From Eledone cirrhosa (lineage: Eukaryota), in NCBI GenBank assembly GCA_964016885.1, contig OZ024742.1, positions 326,740,001 through 326,804,000 of the forward strand: 64,000 nt of DNA, in the 5' to 3' direction. Position 1 is the first letter of the stretch, and every line of letters begins with the position of its first letter. Positions 24,468 to 38,330 of the stretch are shown here, one piece after another. The notes under the pieces were generated by a model that saw only the letters and a list, made by a program, of their open reading frames with translations, was not told the DNA's origin and made no database searches. The position numbers and the translations under genes are program-made.

Positions 24468-24635
24468 TTTTAGGCGATGTTTGTTGAAGCCCACCTGAAA
24501 CGCACACATACACACCCATATATATATATATTCTATTCTTCCATATCATCTGAAGATGACATTGAAGAATAGAATATATATATATGGGTGTGAATGTGTG
24601 CGTTTCAGGTGGGCTTCAACAAACATCGCCTAAAA
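24468..24635. repeat. Long palindrome (~73-bp arms)
   Basis: ttttaggcgatgtttgttgaagcccacctgaaacgcacac..ttctattcttc / gaagaatagaa..gtgtgcgtttcaggtgggcttcaacaaacatcgcctaaaa. Confidence 0.9.
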
Positions 24636-25672
24636 GGTTTTTAAAAACTATCAAAACATATCCTTTTCAAACCTTTTCTATACATTATATATATATATAT
24701 ATTATATTATATATAATTTTTCTTATTCTATTTCATCACTACCACCAAAATTTTCTTTTCAATAAATATATATGTATACATACATATGAATTATTTACTA
24801 CACATGTATACACACACACACATATATAAATATATATACATAAATGCAGATATGGTGTTTTCATAGCAAATACCAAGTTCCAGAGAAATGTTGGCGCAAC
24901 AGTTTTCAGTTGAAAATATATAAAATATAATAAAATTAAGGTAAAAATGGAGTGAATTTGTGTATGTATATATAGATAAGAGGAGGACAGTCGATTGAAC
25001 AGGATTTTCGGGACCAGAAATAGGTATGTTAGTCGGTACATGGATCTCCATAGATCAATCAACCCACTGAAACGATCGTAAGACAATGAACTAAGTCTCT
25101 ACCTACACCTGACTTCTGTTTTTATAGTTCAAACACATATATATATATATATATATATTAATCCATATATGTATACACAACCCCACACATATGTGGATGT
25201 GCTATTTCAAGTGTTAACCTAATATATCCCTTCCATATACTGTACCGATTGTGTTGCTATTTCTGTTTACCTTTTACACACACATAGAGAGAGAGAGAGA
25301 GCGAGAGAGAGAGAGAAAGAGAGAGAGACATATAAATGCATGTTGAACCTCCATCTGTTCTACAAGTATTGCAGGTCGTTTGAACAACAGAAAAGGTGGC
25401 TTGTAAAATTATCATGTATAAGTATGTGACCATACGAGACATGTGTAACCTTAATGCAGCTCTCAGGGAGATTCTGCAGGATATAATATGCATATGACTG
25501 GTCCTTTGAGTTACAGGTACAACTCATCTCTGCCAGCTGATCGGACTGGAGAAAAGTGGAATAAAGTATCTCGTTCAAGGACACAACACACTCCTGGGAA
25601 TCAAACATATGATCATGATCTTAGAGTCATGAGCCAAACACCTTGACAACTATGCCACATGTCATCAAATAT

Positions 25673-25752
25673 ATTGGGTTGTCAAGCATGAAATTTGTAG
25701 AGATTTGTAGAAATAAAGAAATTTCTACAAATTTCATACTTGACGACTCAAT
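25673..25752. mobile_element. Tiny mariner-like MITE
   Basis: ~30-bp TIRs attgggttgtcaagcatgaaatttgtaga / tctacaaatttcatacttgacgactcaat, resembling mariner ATTRGGTTG ends. Confidence 0.55.
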
Positions 25753-25831
25753 GGGCCTGTTATTTTTATCTAGACATTTTTTTCCAATTCCAACCCACCT
25801 GTCCCCTTAATCTATCTTATTTCTCATTCTT

Positions 25832-25867
25832 TCTTCTGATGAAGGACTAGCGTCCGAAACGTTAAGA
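25832..25867 (+). ncRNA. Minimal type I hammerhead motif (identical to 13309-13344)
   Basis: TCTT-CTGATGA-A-GGAC-tagc-GTCC-GAAA-CG-TT-AAGA. Confidence 0.8.
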
Positions 25868-26059
25868 CCCTCTTCCTGCTATTTCAAGTGTTAACCTAAT
25901 ATATTCCTTCCATATACTGTACCGATTGTGTTGTTATTTCTGTTTACCTTTTACATACATATATATATATATATATATAAACATTTATTTTTGCTCTAAT
26001 ATAGTGGATACCTAAATGTATTTGTGAGTGAATAATAACAATATTATAATAATATTATT

Positions 26060-26365
26060 AATATTCAGTTCATTTGCAAGCAAACAGCCTCATAACACCA
26101 TGTGTGTTTTCTAGAACACTGACGTAAAATCGCTCGGTATGCAAATTAGGTTAATCAGACAATGTATTGAGAATACTATGTTTTCTCAACAGCTCCAGCA
26201 GGTGGCTGTGATGGGAGAATATGCAGTCTTGATAAAGGGCAATAACTCAGAAACAATTGTCGACTGTTTTCTCTCTGCTACTGCTGGAGCAAAAAGATGA
26301 CATCAATCATCTAGAAAACAGACATGGCTTCATGAGGCCATTTGCTTGCCAAGGAACCTAATATT
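26060..26365. mobile_element. MITE with imperfect ~65-bp TIRs
   Basis: gcaagcaaacagcctcat..ccatgtgtgttttctaga / tctagaaaacagacatgg..atgaggccatttgcttgc. Confidence 0.6.
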
Positions 26366-26624
26366 AATAATTGTTTCTACTTTAGGCACAAGGCCAGCAA
26401 TTTCCCAGTGCATTACTGGTACTTTATTTTATCGACCCCGTAAGGATTAATAATAATATTTAAATATCATTCATTCCCGAATACACACACACAAATTTGC
26501 AAAGCCCTTTAAACGGAATGTTATTACTCTACGGTTTTATACCTTATCGAGTGCTTGGCTGCACTTCTGATTGCATTCGTTGGCTTAGCTGCGGCTCAAG
26601 CTTCGACTATGCTGTACTTCCATT

Positions 26625-26681
<57 letters not shown>

Positions 26682-26683
<2 letters not shown>

Positions 26684-26945
26684 GTGATGTGTTGTTTCCT
26701 TGAGCAAGACACTTTATTTCACATTGCTCCAGTTTACTCAGCTGTAGAAATGAGATGATAGGGACTGAGGTCCATATCATTCCACTGTAAAGTGGTCGTG
26801 GAGGTGCCACGGCAAAAAAGCACCCAGCTCTCACTGTAAATGAGGTTGGTGTTAGGAAGGGCATCCAGCTGTAGAAATGAAAGCCAGAATCAATTCCCGT
26901 CCCACCCTTAGAATCAGGGAAAAGCGGATGTAAAATAAAATGATA
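26682..26945 (+). mobile_element. Family B SINE, 5'-truncated, RTE-like tail
   Basis: Near-identical to 57007-57220. Confidence 0.8.
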
Positions 26946-27045
26946 TATATATATATGACCTGTTCTTTTTGTAACTTTTTTGTCATTGACCGAACAAATA
27001 CCAGACAATATGAACGATATTGTGGCATATTGATCAAAACTATTC

Positions 27046-27101
<56 letters not shown>

Positions 27102-27490
27102 GTCCCAAATTTTCTGAAGCAAAGTAAGCAGCCCTTCAACATTAACAAAGCCGTAAAAATAAAGTAGTTTCATATTGTTAATTTTTCTCATGAGATTCAT
27201 TTATATTTTGTATCCTTTTACGGAAATTCCTCAATATAGCCACAGGCTAATCACTAAAAGCAGTAAAAATAATAAAAATAAAAGAATATATATATATATA
27301 TATATATTTATATTTTGAAATTTTCTTCACTTTCCTTTTGTACTTGTTTATTAAATTTTTTATATATTTATATTTTATATAATATATATATAATATGTAT
27401 ATATTATATAAAATATATATATATTATGTAAAATCTATATATATATATTATGTAATATATATATATATTATGTAATATATATATATTATG

Positions 27491-27549
<59 letters not shown>

Positions 27550-27610
27550 GTAATGTATATATATAGTGACAAAACATAAGTCAATTGCATGAACTCATAA
27601 TCCTTTATTT

Positions 27611-27666
27611 ACTGCTATATATATTTCGATGATAGCCATTGAATGGCTATGACCTCATCAGGCAGT
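27611..27666 (-). ncRNA. Type I hammerhead motif between (TA)n arrays
   Basis: ACTGC-CTGATGA-GGTCATAGCCAT-tca-ATGGCTATCATC-GAAA-TATATA-TA-GCAGT. Confidence 0.8.
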
Positions 27667-27729
27667 TAGTCAGTTCTTAGATATGCCAGCTCTGTGTTTA
27701 TAGTGTTGATGGTATCAGAGCCTTGGGAC

Positions 27730-27792
<63 letters not shown>

Positions 27793-28241
27793 CATTTTTT
27801 GTCTTGTCTCACACAATTTAGTTACAAAAATTCTGACAACCTAAATGAATAAGAAATAAGGAGAGATGCAGATCTGTTATATTTTGCCTCACTTCATTTT
27901 TTTTTTCAGTGGTGGTAAGAGTTATATTACAAGCCATTTCTAAAACAATATGATTTATTTTATTTCCATATTTTATTTTAAATTTTTTAGAGTTGTAAAG
28001 TAAAAATATAGTCATCATTATCATCATCATCATTGTAAAAGAAAACGAAAGATGAAATTAAAAATAAAAACAAGAAAGCATTGTCATGTTGGCATGGTAA
28101 CAGAAATGTATGTATGTATTCATACATTGAAACTGCTGAAGCATTTATGTTAAATGTGTGTTTAAATATGTATATAAGTGACCATTGGAATGTGGATGTG
28201 TGATGCATGTGTGTGTGTGTGTGTGTGTATGTCATAATCAT

Positions 28242-28286
<45 letters not shown>

Positions 28287-28328
28287 TCATATCATTTAAC
28301 ATCCATTTTCCCAGCTAACAAAGGATGG

Positions 28329-28368
<40 letters not shown>

Positions 28369-29825
28369 TATATATACACAGACATATACACACACACACA
28401 CACATACCTGTACTATATAGGTATGTGTGTGTATAAAAAAAAGACACACACACACACACACACAAGCAAGAATGCACACACTTAACTGTACGAGTGTTTT
28501 CAACCATTTAAAAATTACTTTTTTTATGAAATATTAATTATGAACCATAACTTCATCATAACAATTTCATAGTCCACAAGACGAGATATTGGGAGACATT
28601 GTGGTTGGTTATATCGCCCTCAATACTTCATTGGTACTTTGTTTACCAACCACTGAAGGATGAAAAGCAATGTCAACCCTTGCATGACGAGACCAACTCA
28701 GATCATAAAGAGTGTTAATTAAATGCATTGTTGTCTGATGTTCTGACAATTCCACCAATCCACTGCCCTAATAATTAATTATGCTAATCAACCTCATTAC
28801 GATTATCATCATCATCATCTTCATCATCATCATCATCATCAAACCACTAATTACTTTTATTTAATTTCTGGTGTGCTGGGAGTGATGGAAATGAATGTGG
28901 AAGGGTTTAGAAAAATGGTAGACCTAGAAATAGACATGGTTAAAGATGATGGAAGAAAAAATGAATGAGGGGAGGATGCAGATAATAGAGCAAAATAGAT
29001 AAACCTGCATGGGGCCTGCATATAGCTTACCCCTGCTTAAGCATGGAAAATGACCAGAAAACCTGTTGTAGAAGGAGACAAGAAGAATCAGTAATGTAAC
29101 ATAAAGTAGGTAAAATAATGCCATCAGGAACAAATACTGAAAGGCATTTTTGTCTGATCCTTTTACAAATCTATCAACCCATTGCCCGAATAATAAGCAT
29201 TCTAATCATCATCGACGCACCCAGTACAGGCTGTAAAATGGTTGGTAATTGGAAGAGCATCCAGCCATAGGAAGCTTGTTAAACAAAGGGTGAGGAGGAC
29301 CCTTCAGTTGTGTGAAAGACATGACAACCTCTCCTGTGTACTCAATAGAACATAAAACAACACTTAAGCAAGATGCAGACCACCCCACTGACCTGTCTAG
29401 AAGGTCAGTAGCCCTGCTTTATTACTAACTTGATCTACATAGACTTGTCCAATGATTTCTAGCAGGGAAAGCAGACATTAAATGATGATGATGATGATGA
29501 TACTTCCTATAAATAACATTGATTTAATTAGAAAATCCAGAAGAACAGATGAGGAATGAGTAAGTAAGGTAGCATGTGGCACACAGCCTATCATTTTTCT
29601 GGGAAGGTGTGGGGGGGGGGGGGGGGGGATTAATTTGATCCCCAGTACTTAACTGGTTACTTTATTTAATTGACCCTAGAAGGATGAAAGGTTAAGTTAA
29701 CTTTTAAAAGATTTGAACTCAGAACATAAAACAGTTGAGGCAAATGCAAATAAGATTCTTAGGTGTGAAAATTAAAATTTTCAAAAATAAAGTAACCCAA
29801 TTACAAAACATTAGGAGTGTGAAGT

Positions 29826-29860
<35 letters not shown>

Positions 29861-30303
29861 GCAGCAGCAGCAGCAGGAGCAGTAGTAGAGTTTATCAAGC
29901 CCAGAAGTATGAAACACTAAGTTCACCTCAGCAGAATTTGAACGTAGAACTTTAAAATGTCAGAAAAAATACTGCAAGGCATTTTACTATTATATTTATG
30001 CAGATTTCTTACTGCTTAGTCAAGGAGGAAAAGGACAGTTTTTGGGACCCTATTTAGGATCTTTGAGTCTCATGGCAGGGAGGAAGGAAAGTAGCCTTAA
30101 ACTGGAAATCTGGCTTAAATACTTACAACTGAGTAGACTCAGCTCAAGACACCTCAAAAGTAGGTGGTAGCTTTAAACTGGGTGACAGATTAAGCCTACC
30201 ATCCATGTCGGTCACAGAGGGATTTAAACTCAAAATGCAAAGCTGGAACAAATAATGCTCTAAGATTTCTGCCAATCAGCTGTCTTATATGTGGTAAAAT
30301 AAT

Positions 30304-30491
30304 TGTTTCTACTTTAGGCACAAGGCCAGCAATTACCCAGTTCATTACTGGTACTTTATTTTATTGACCCCGTAAGGATGAAAGGCAAAGTCAACCTCGG
30401 CGGGATTTGAACTCAGATCGTAAAGGGATGTAACTATGCTGGAAAGCATGGCGTCCGACCCTCTACCGATACTGCCAATCTACCGCCCTAC
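30304..30491 (-). mobile_element. Family A SINE, full length with 16-bp TSD
   Basis: TATGTGGTAAAATAAT at 30288-30303 and 30492-30507. Confidence 0.92.
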
Positions 30492-31069
30492 TATGTGGTA
30501 AAATAATGTCATGGGTTGTGCATTAATCTCACAGAAAAAAATGTTCTGGAATGACAAGAGGTAAGGGGAAATGAAGACGATCTTAAACTGGGCTGCTAGA
30601 ATTGTTTAAAGTTACTAATTATTATACTTCTCTCTACTACACAAAGATATACGTTTGTAATTGGGCAACTTACTTCTATAAAATTTTAATTTTTAAACCT
30701 AAGAATCACATTTGAATTTCTCCTCCTGGTGTTTTTACCTTCTAATTTCAAATTCCATCAAAGTTGACTTTACCTTTCGTCCTTCTCGGTGGTGGTAGAT
30801 AAAATCAAGTACTTGGGTCAGTTTAATTGACTAACGCCATCCCACCAAATTATATACATGTGTATACACATAAAGCAGTGAATTGGGAGCGTCATTATGG
30901 TGTGAGAAAGACTACTTCATAGTATTCATGCTGTCTTAGTTAATCCTACTCAAGTCGACTTTACCTTTCACCTTCTTGGTGTCAATAAATAAAGTACCAC
31001 TCTTTTTTACCTCTCACTTTCTTTCTTTTTCCTGATGTATGTGCATGTGTGTATATATATAATACACAT

Positions 31070-31100
<31 letters not shown>

Positions 31101-31520
31101 CATACATACATATATACATACATATATACATACATATATATATACATATATACATACATATATATACACACACAGATATAGAGATTGATATATATATATA
31201 TACACTCACATAGATGTGTATGTGTATCCAATTGTATATGTGTTTGTGTGTGTCTTTTATTTTTAAATGATAATAGATACTATTGATTGCCACCGAAGAA
31301 AAGAAATGAAAAAATAGTCGAAATTAAATAAAAATAAGCAAAATAAATCTAAAATAATATATATATATACATAATAATATATGAAAAAAAATACAAAGTC
31401 AGCAGTGTGTGTGAGTGACATGTAGTGTGTGTAAATATGTGGCATGTGGTGTAGTGTATGTGTAGTGTGTGTTCTAATTTCTGGTCTGTGTCTCTCTGGT
31501 ATTTGGAGGGAGTGGATCTT

Positions 31521-31533
31521 CTACCGAGGTGTG
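31521..31533 (-). CDS. KANK: Putative terminal coding exon of KANK (S-TPR*)
   Basis: tatttttcag acceptor; phase 2 from exon 38331-38383 gives ..SAPSTPR-TAG. Confidence 0.5.
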
Positions 31534-31614
31534 CTGAAAAATAACAAAGGACATATATAAAATACGATATACAATTTAAATACACACTCACACACACACA
31601 CATATAAACACACG

Positions 31615-31655
<41 letters not shown>

Positions 31656-31773
31656 ACACGCACACATATATATAGAAACACACACACACACATATATAGA
31701 AACACACACACACACATATATAGAAACACACACACACATATATATATTTATAAACACGCACATATATATATAA

Positions 31774-31804
<31 letters not shown>

Positions 31805-31871
31805 AACACACACACACACACACATATATATAAACACACACACGCACATATATAAACACACATACAAACAC

Positions 31872-31907
<36 letters not shown>

Positions 31908-31929
31908 GTAACTGGCACTGTCAGTTACA

Positions 31930-32234
31930 TCCAACAAGTGTTCCAGTTGATCCAATCAACGGAACAGCCGGCTCATGAAATTAACGTGCAAGTGACTGAG
32001 CATTCCACTGACAGGCGTATCCTTAACATAGTTCTCAGGGAGATTCAGTGTGACACAGAATTTGACAATGCTGGCCCTTCGAAGTACAGGTACAACTCAT
32101 CTTTGTCAGCTGAGTGGAACACAGCAACGTGAAATAAAGTGTCTTGCTCAAGGACACAATGCGCCGCCGGGTATCGAACTCACGACCTTACGATTGTGTG
32201 CTGAATACCCTAACCACAAAGACACATGCCTTCA

Positions 32235-32235
<1 letters not shown>
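31930..32235 (-). mobile_element. Family B-related SINE (similar copies ~20570-20820, 25330-25665, 35900-36160 +, 59638-59762)
   Basis: tRNA-like head with gagttcgatacccgg B box; tgtgtccttgagcaagacactttatttc. Confidence 0.75.
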
Positions 32236-32275
<40 letters not shown>

Positions 32276-32379
32276 ACACACACACACGTGTATAGATGTA
32301 TGCAGTTACATATATGTATGTATATGTGTGTATATACATGATATACATATTTGGGGTGCTTGCGAGTATGTATGTATAT

Positions 32380-35310
32380 ATGCAAAGTGTAAATGAACTA
32401 AGAGAGAAACTGGGCATAAGAGGGAGCAGATGCAGTGTGCAAGAGAGAAGATTGCATTGGCATGGCCATGTGATGTGTATGAAAGATGACATATGTATAA
32501 AAAGTTGCAGGGTGATCAAAGTTGATGGAAGCTATGGAGTAGTAAGACCAAAGAAGACTTGGGATGAGGTGATAAAAGCTGACTTTGCACAATTACAACT
32601 CTCAAAGGCAGACACAGGATCCAGATCTTTGGAATTATGCAGTAATGCAGAAGACCCACCTTCCCATGCACATGGATTGAAGCATACATCTAGTATGCAC
32701 CACTTAACCCCTATCCTCCATACCCCTTCTATACACCTCACATGCCCTAACATCCTGATCACACCATCCTTCTCCCACACTTTTACACCCTTGCCTAGGT
32801 TCCCAGTCCACACTGAAAAGTGATTGTGTAGGTGTCACAACAAAAAGTAGAGCTGACACTGTAAAGTAGCCGTGTAGGTGTGTCACAAAAAAAAGCACCC
32901 AGCTCACACTGTTTACTGGTCATGTAGGTGTCATGACAAAAAGCAGAGCCGACACTGTAAAGTGGTCATGTTGGTGTCATGACAAAAAGCAGAGCCGACA
33001 CTGTAAAGTGGTCATGTAGGTGTCATGACAAAAAGCAGAGCCGACACTGTAAAGTGGTCATGCTGGTGTCATGACAAAAAGCAGAGCCGACACTGTAAAG
33101 TGGTCATGTAGGTGTCATGACAAAAAGCAGAGCTGACACTGTAAAGTGGTCATGCTGGTGTCATGACAAAAAGCAGAGCCGACACTGTAAAGTGGTCATG
33201 TAGGTGTCATGACAAAAAGCAGAGCTGACACTGTAAAGTGGTCATGCTGGTGTCATGACAAAAAGCAGAGCCGACACTGTAAAGTGGTCATGTAGGTGTC
33301 ATGACAAAAAGCAGAGCCGACACTGTAAAGTGGTCATGTAGGTGTCATGACAAAAAGCAGAGCCGACACTGTAAAGTGGTCATGTTGGTGTCATGACAAA
33401 AAGCAGAGCCGACACTGTAAAGTGGTCATGTAGGTGTCATGACAAAAAGCAGAGCTGACACTGTAAAGTGGTCATGCTGGTGTCATGACAAAAAGCAGAG
33501 CCGACACTGTAAAGTGGTCATGTAGGTGTCATGACAAAAAGCAGAGCCGACACTGTAAAGTGGTCATGTTGGTGTCATGACAAAAAGCAGAGCCGACACT
33601 GTAAAGTGGTCATGTAGGTGTCATGACAAAAAGCAGAGTCGACACTGTAAAGTGGTCATGTAGGTGTCATGACAAAAAGCAGAGCTGACACTGTAAAGTG
33701 GTCATGTAGGTGTCATGACAAAAAGCAGAGCCGACACTGTAAAGTGGTCATGTAGGTGTCATGACAAAAAGCAGAGCCGACACTGTAAAGTGGTCATGCT
33801 GGTGTCATGACAAAAAGCAGAGCCGACACTGTAAAGTGGTCATGTAGGTGTCATGACAAAAAGCAGAGCTGACACTGTAAAGTGGTCATGCTGGTGTCAT
33901 GACAAAAAGCAGAGCCGACACTGTAAAGTGGTCATGTAGGTGTCATGACAAAAAGCAGAGCTGACACTGTAAAGTGGTCATGCTGGTGTCATGACAAAAA
34001 GCAGAGCCGACACTGTAAAGTGGTCATGCTGGTGTCATGACAAAAAGCAGAGCCGACACTGTAAAGTGGTCATGTTGGTGTCATGACAAAAAGCAGAGCC
34101 GACACTGTAAAGTGGTCATGTTGGTGTCATGACAAAAAGCAGAGCCGACACTGTAAAGTGGTCATGTAGGTGTCATGACAAAAAGCAGAGCCGACACTGT
34201 AAAGTGGTCATGTTGGTGTCATGACAAAAAGCAGAGCCGACACTGTAAAGTGGTCATGTAGGTGTCATGACAAAAAGCAGAGCTGACACTGTAAAGTGGT
34301 CATGCTGGTGTCATGACAAAAAGCAGAGCCGACACTGTAAAGTGGTCATGCTGGTGTCATGACAAAAAGCAGAGCCGACACTGTAAAGTGGTCATGTAGG
34401 TGTCATGACAAAAAGCAGAGCTGACACTGTAAAGTGGTCATGCTGGTGTCATGACAAAAAGCAGAGCCGACACTGTAAAGTGGTCATGTAGGTGTCATGA
34501 CAAAAAGCAGAGCCGACACTGTAAAGTGGTCATGTTGGTGTCATGACAAAAAGCAGAGCCGACACTGTAAAGTGGTCATGTAGGTGTCATGACAAAAAGC
34601 AGAGCCGACACTGTAAAGTGGTCATGTTGGTGTCATGACAAAAAGCAGAGCTGACACTGTAAAGTGGTCATGTAGGTGTCATGACAAAAAGCAGAGCCGA
34701 CACTGTAAAGTGGTCATGTAGGTGTCATGACAAAAAGCAGAGCCGACACTGTAAAGTGGTCATGTTGGTGTCATGACAAAAAGCAGAGCTGACACTGTAA
34801 AGTGGTCATGTAGGTGTCATGACAAAAAGCAGAGCCGACACTGTAAAGTGGTCATGCTGGTGTCATGACAAAAAGCAGAGCCGACACTGTAAAGTGGTCA
34901 TGTTGGTGTCATGACAAAAAGCAGAGCCGACACTGTAAAGTGGTCATGCTGGTGTCATGACAAAAAGCAGAGCCGACACTGTAAAGTGGTCATGTTGGTG
35001 TCATGACAAAAAGCAGAGCTGACACTGTAAAGTGGTCATGTAGGTGTCATGACAAAAAGCAGAGCTGACACTGTAAAGTGGTCATGTAGGTGTCATGACA
35101 AAAAGCAGAGCCGACACTGTAAAGTGGTCATGTTGGTGTCATGACAAAAAGCAGATCCGACACTGTAAAGTGGTCATGTAGGTGTCATGACAAAAAGCAG
35201 AGCCGACACTGTAAAGTGGTCATGTAGGTGTCATGACAAAAGGCACTCAGCACACACTGTAAATGTGGTTGGTGCTAGGAAGGCATCCAACCATAGAAAT
35301 CAAGCCAGAA
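32380..35310 (+). mobile_element. RTE LINE 3' fragment whose 3' UTR contains an expanded minisatellite
   Basis: QSVNELREKLGIRG..ERRLHWHGHVM..RPKKTWDEVI matches the C-terminus of the 46409 ORF; conserved tail ggttggtgctaggaaggcatcca at ~35267. Confidence 0.85.
32905..35240. repeat. 46-bp minisatellite x ~51
   Basis: G(T/C)(A/T)GGTGTCATGACAAAAAGCAGAGC(C/T)GACACTGTAAAGTGGTCAT. Confidence 0.97.
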
Positions 35311-36679
35311 GCAGTTCTGTGTGAGCTCTCTTTCTGTTTATCGAAACATACCCACCTAACTACTTACCTACATATATGCCTACCTACCTATCCACCCACC
35401 TATCTATATATCTATCAATTTATCCATCTCCTTACCAACCTACCTATTTATCTATCTATCTACTTACCAATATATCTACCTATCTGTTTATCTGTCTATC
35501 TATTTACATATCTACCTACATATCTAGCTGCCTATTCATATATCTATTTATCTACCTATCTTTCAACAATCACTTTTTATCATGGTGGGTGTCACAAGAT
35601 ATGTTAATATCTGAATAAATTATGACATATATCTATTGTAGAGAAAGTATTGAAACTGCATGTCTACATTATTTGTAAACAATATCAGTGAGAGTGATAA
35701 AATAAAAAAAATCCACAAACCCAAAAATAATATATACACCTCTATTGTTGTTGTTATTGCTGAACACACATGAGTAGGTTTAGCCTAACTCCAATCAGAC
35801 TGTATCTCATTGAAGATTTTGAGGTGCAGTACTATAATACTACTTTAAATTAGATATGTATGAATATAAGTGATTGTGTAGGTAACATATGTGAAGATAT
35901 GTTACTTAGTGGTTAAGGTGTTCAAGATCATAAGATTGTGAGTTCAATTCTTCAAACAGGTGACATGTTGGGTCCTTGAGCAAGACGTTTTATTTATTTT
36001 ACATTGCTTTAATCCACTCAGCTGGCAAATATGTGTTGTACCTGTAATTCAAAAGGCTAAACTTGTAACACATTGTGTCATGCTGAATCTCCCTGAGAAC
36101 TATGTTAAGAGTGCAGGTGTCTGTGGAATGCCCAGACACTTACAAGTTAATTTCATGAACAGGAAACAACAGAGGTCCAACAATATATAGCCCAGTGTTA
36201 CCAGTATATTTAGATGTTTAACTATATACATATTATAATTAGTTCTACTTCAAGATACCAAGTACTAATCTGACATTAACATTCATATAGCAATAAAATA
36301 TAGCATTGTATATATACTGTAATGTTCAATTTACTGTGTATGCTTGTGTGTGTATGTATGTGTCATGTATATGTACATGTGCGTGCATACATATATATAC
36401 CCGTCCTACACATGCTAGCGTAGAAGATGGACATTAAACGATGATGATGATGATATATATCTAGAGAGAGAGTAAGTCCCCAACTTACGAATGAGTTATG
36501 TTCCAAGAGGCCATTTGTCGTTTGATTTGTTCATATGTACTACACATGCACCTTTGATGAGTTGTAGTGCACCTGAGCACGGTACACAATAATTTCATTA
36601 TTATAAGTTGATCGTCTAACACAGTACTTACCAATAAGCCCATATGTTACATTGATACTGCAGGTTTCCATATCAGTGA

Positions 36680-37811
36680 TATATATACAGTATATAGAGG
36701 TCTATATAACATGTAATATAGTGGTATATATATATATATAAATATATATACAGTATATATAGAGGTATATATAACATGTAATATAGTGTTATATATGCAG
36801 TATATATAGGTATATATAATATGTAATATAGAGGTATATATATACAGTATATAGAGGTCTATATAACATGTAATAAAGTGGTATATATACAGTACTAAAA
36901 TTAAAGCCCGGCGTTGCTCGGGGTCAGTAAGTTACCAAAGTTATGTTGCACCACCCATTTTATGGCAGCACTTTTTTGTCTGCCAGGCACTGGGTGAATG
37001 AATTGCAGACCTGGACTGCCGAAGCATGAGCTGTGCCAGCAGTGACAATTGTAGTTTCGCCTATCGTTATTATCTCTGTGCAAAGAAGTGTTGAAATTTA
37101 TTGTTTCACAGTACTTGCGCAACATGCACGTAGACGATGCCAGCCGAACAACAGAGCTGCGATGGAGTTGTTCTGCATGGTTGTATAATGTGTGTTTTCT
37201 AAATTTAAGACAGTAGGGAGGGGTGTGATATGGGGGAGAGTTAGCTGCTGTTTCTAGCAGGTTTAGTGACCTCATAGAGGATATTATTGTGTATAGTAAA
37301 TAAACTGATACTTCTTTCTTCCACGTTTGTTGAGAGATGTTTTAAAAAAGATTTATCGCTATTTTTTTTGTTGTTGAATAAATTTATCTGTTGCTTTTGA
37401 ATAATTGTTATTTTGTATGAAATGTAATAAGTTCTCTTCGTTGTCATTGAAGTAAATAAATGTTTGACCGTTCCACGCTCAAAAACAAACGTTCTCTCTC
37501 TCTCTCTCTCCATTTCTTTCTCTCTTCTTTCTTCGGCGTTCCTAAAGGAAGTTTGTAAGTTTAATCGCATATAAGAGAAAATTGCAGCATGTATGTAGTT
37601 TTATCGAATTTTAAGGGGAGTAGAGAGAGGTAATCAGATTGTATTAGAGGGATAAAGTGTCATATATTTATTTTTATCGATTATTTCCGTAATTGTGGGT
37701 GAGTTTGAAAGAAATAAATAGTCGTTGACCTAAGTTAGACCATTTACAACATTCTTACAGACTTTGAGTCGAATCGGTTTGAAATTGTGCAAATGTATAA
37801 ACATGGAACAT

Positions 37812-37843
<32 letters not shown>

Positions 37844-38100
37844 CAACAATCTGCCTTTTATAGATAATGATATAGTGGTATATATACAGTATATAGAGGT
37901 ATATATAACATTTAATATAGTGGTATATATACAGTATATAGAAGTATATATATAACATGAAATATAGTGGTATTTATACAGTATATAGAGGTATATATAA
38001 CATGTAATATGGTAGTATATATACAGTATATAGAGGTATATATAACATTAAATATAGATGTATATATACAGTATATAGAGGTCTATATAACATGTAATAA
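36680..38100. repeat. ~45-bp AT-rich minisatellite interrupted by a Helitron
   Basis: cagtatatagaggtatatataacatgtaatatagtggtatatata units on both sides of 36895-37870. Confidence 0.8.
36895..37870 (-). mobile_element. Non-autonomous Helitron
   Basis: Minus strand 5'-TC start; subterminal hairpin CCCGAGCAACGCCGGG ~10 nt before a TTAG-3' end; inserted between A and T with no TSD; removal restores the satellite cagta|tatag. Confidence 0.75.
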
Positions 38101-38330
38101 TTAGTTTAAATAGTGTAAAGCTAATAACAATAAATTGTTAAAGAAAAAAGGTCTTTTTCAATTGCGCATGATACTGTTTGTATCAGCAGAAGTTCATAAG
38201 TAGGATGTTTGAAAGGTGAAGGACTTACTGTATATATAAACCCACATATTCTTGTCTGCCGATGTATAACTATGTGTGTATGTGTGTGTTTGTGTGCATG
38301 TGTATGTGTAGAAGCTTTATGCACATTTAC

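Noticed and set aside
25050-25085. GAAACGATCGTA as a hammerhead 3' half
   Set aside because: No upstream CUGANGA or paired stem II
32905-35240. CRISPR-like reading of the 46-bp array
   Set aside because: No unique spacers, eukaryotic context, no cas genes; it is a tandem repeat within a LINE 3' UTR
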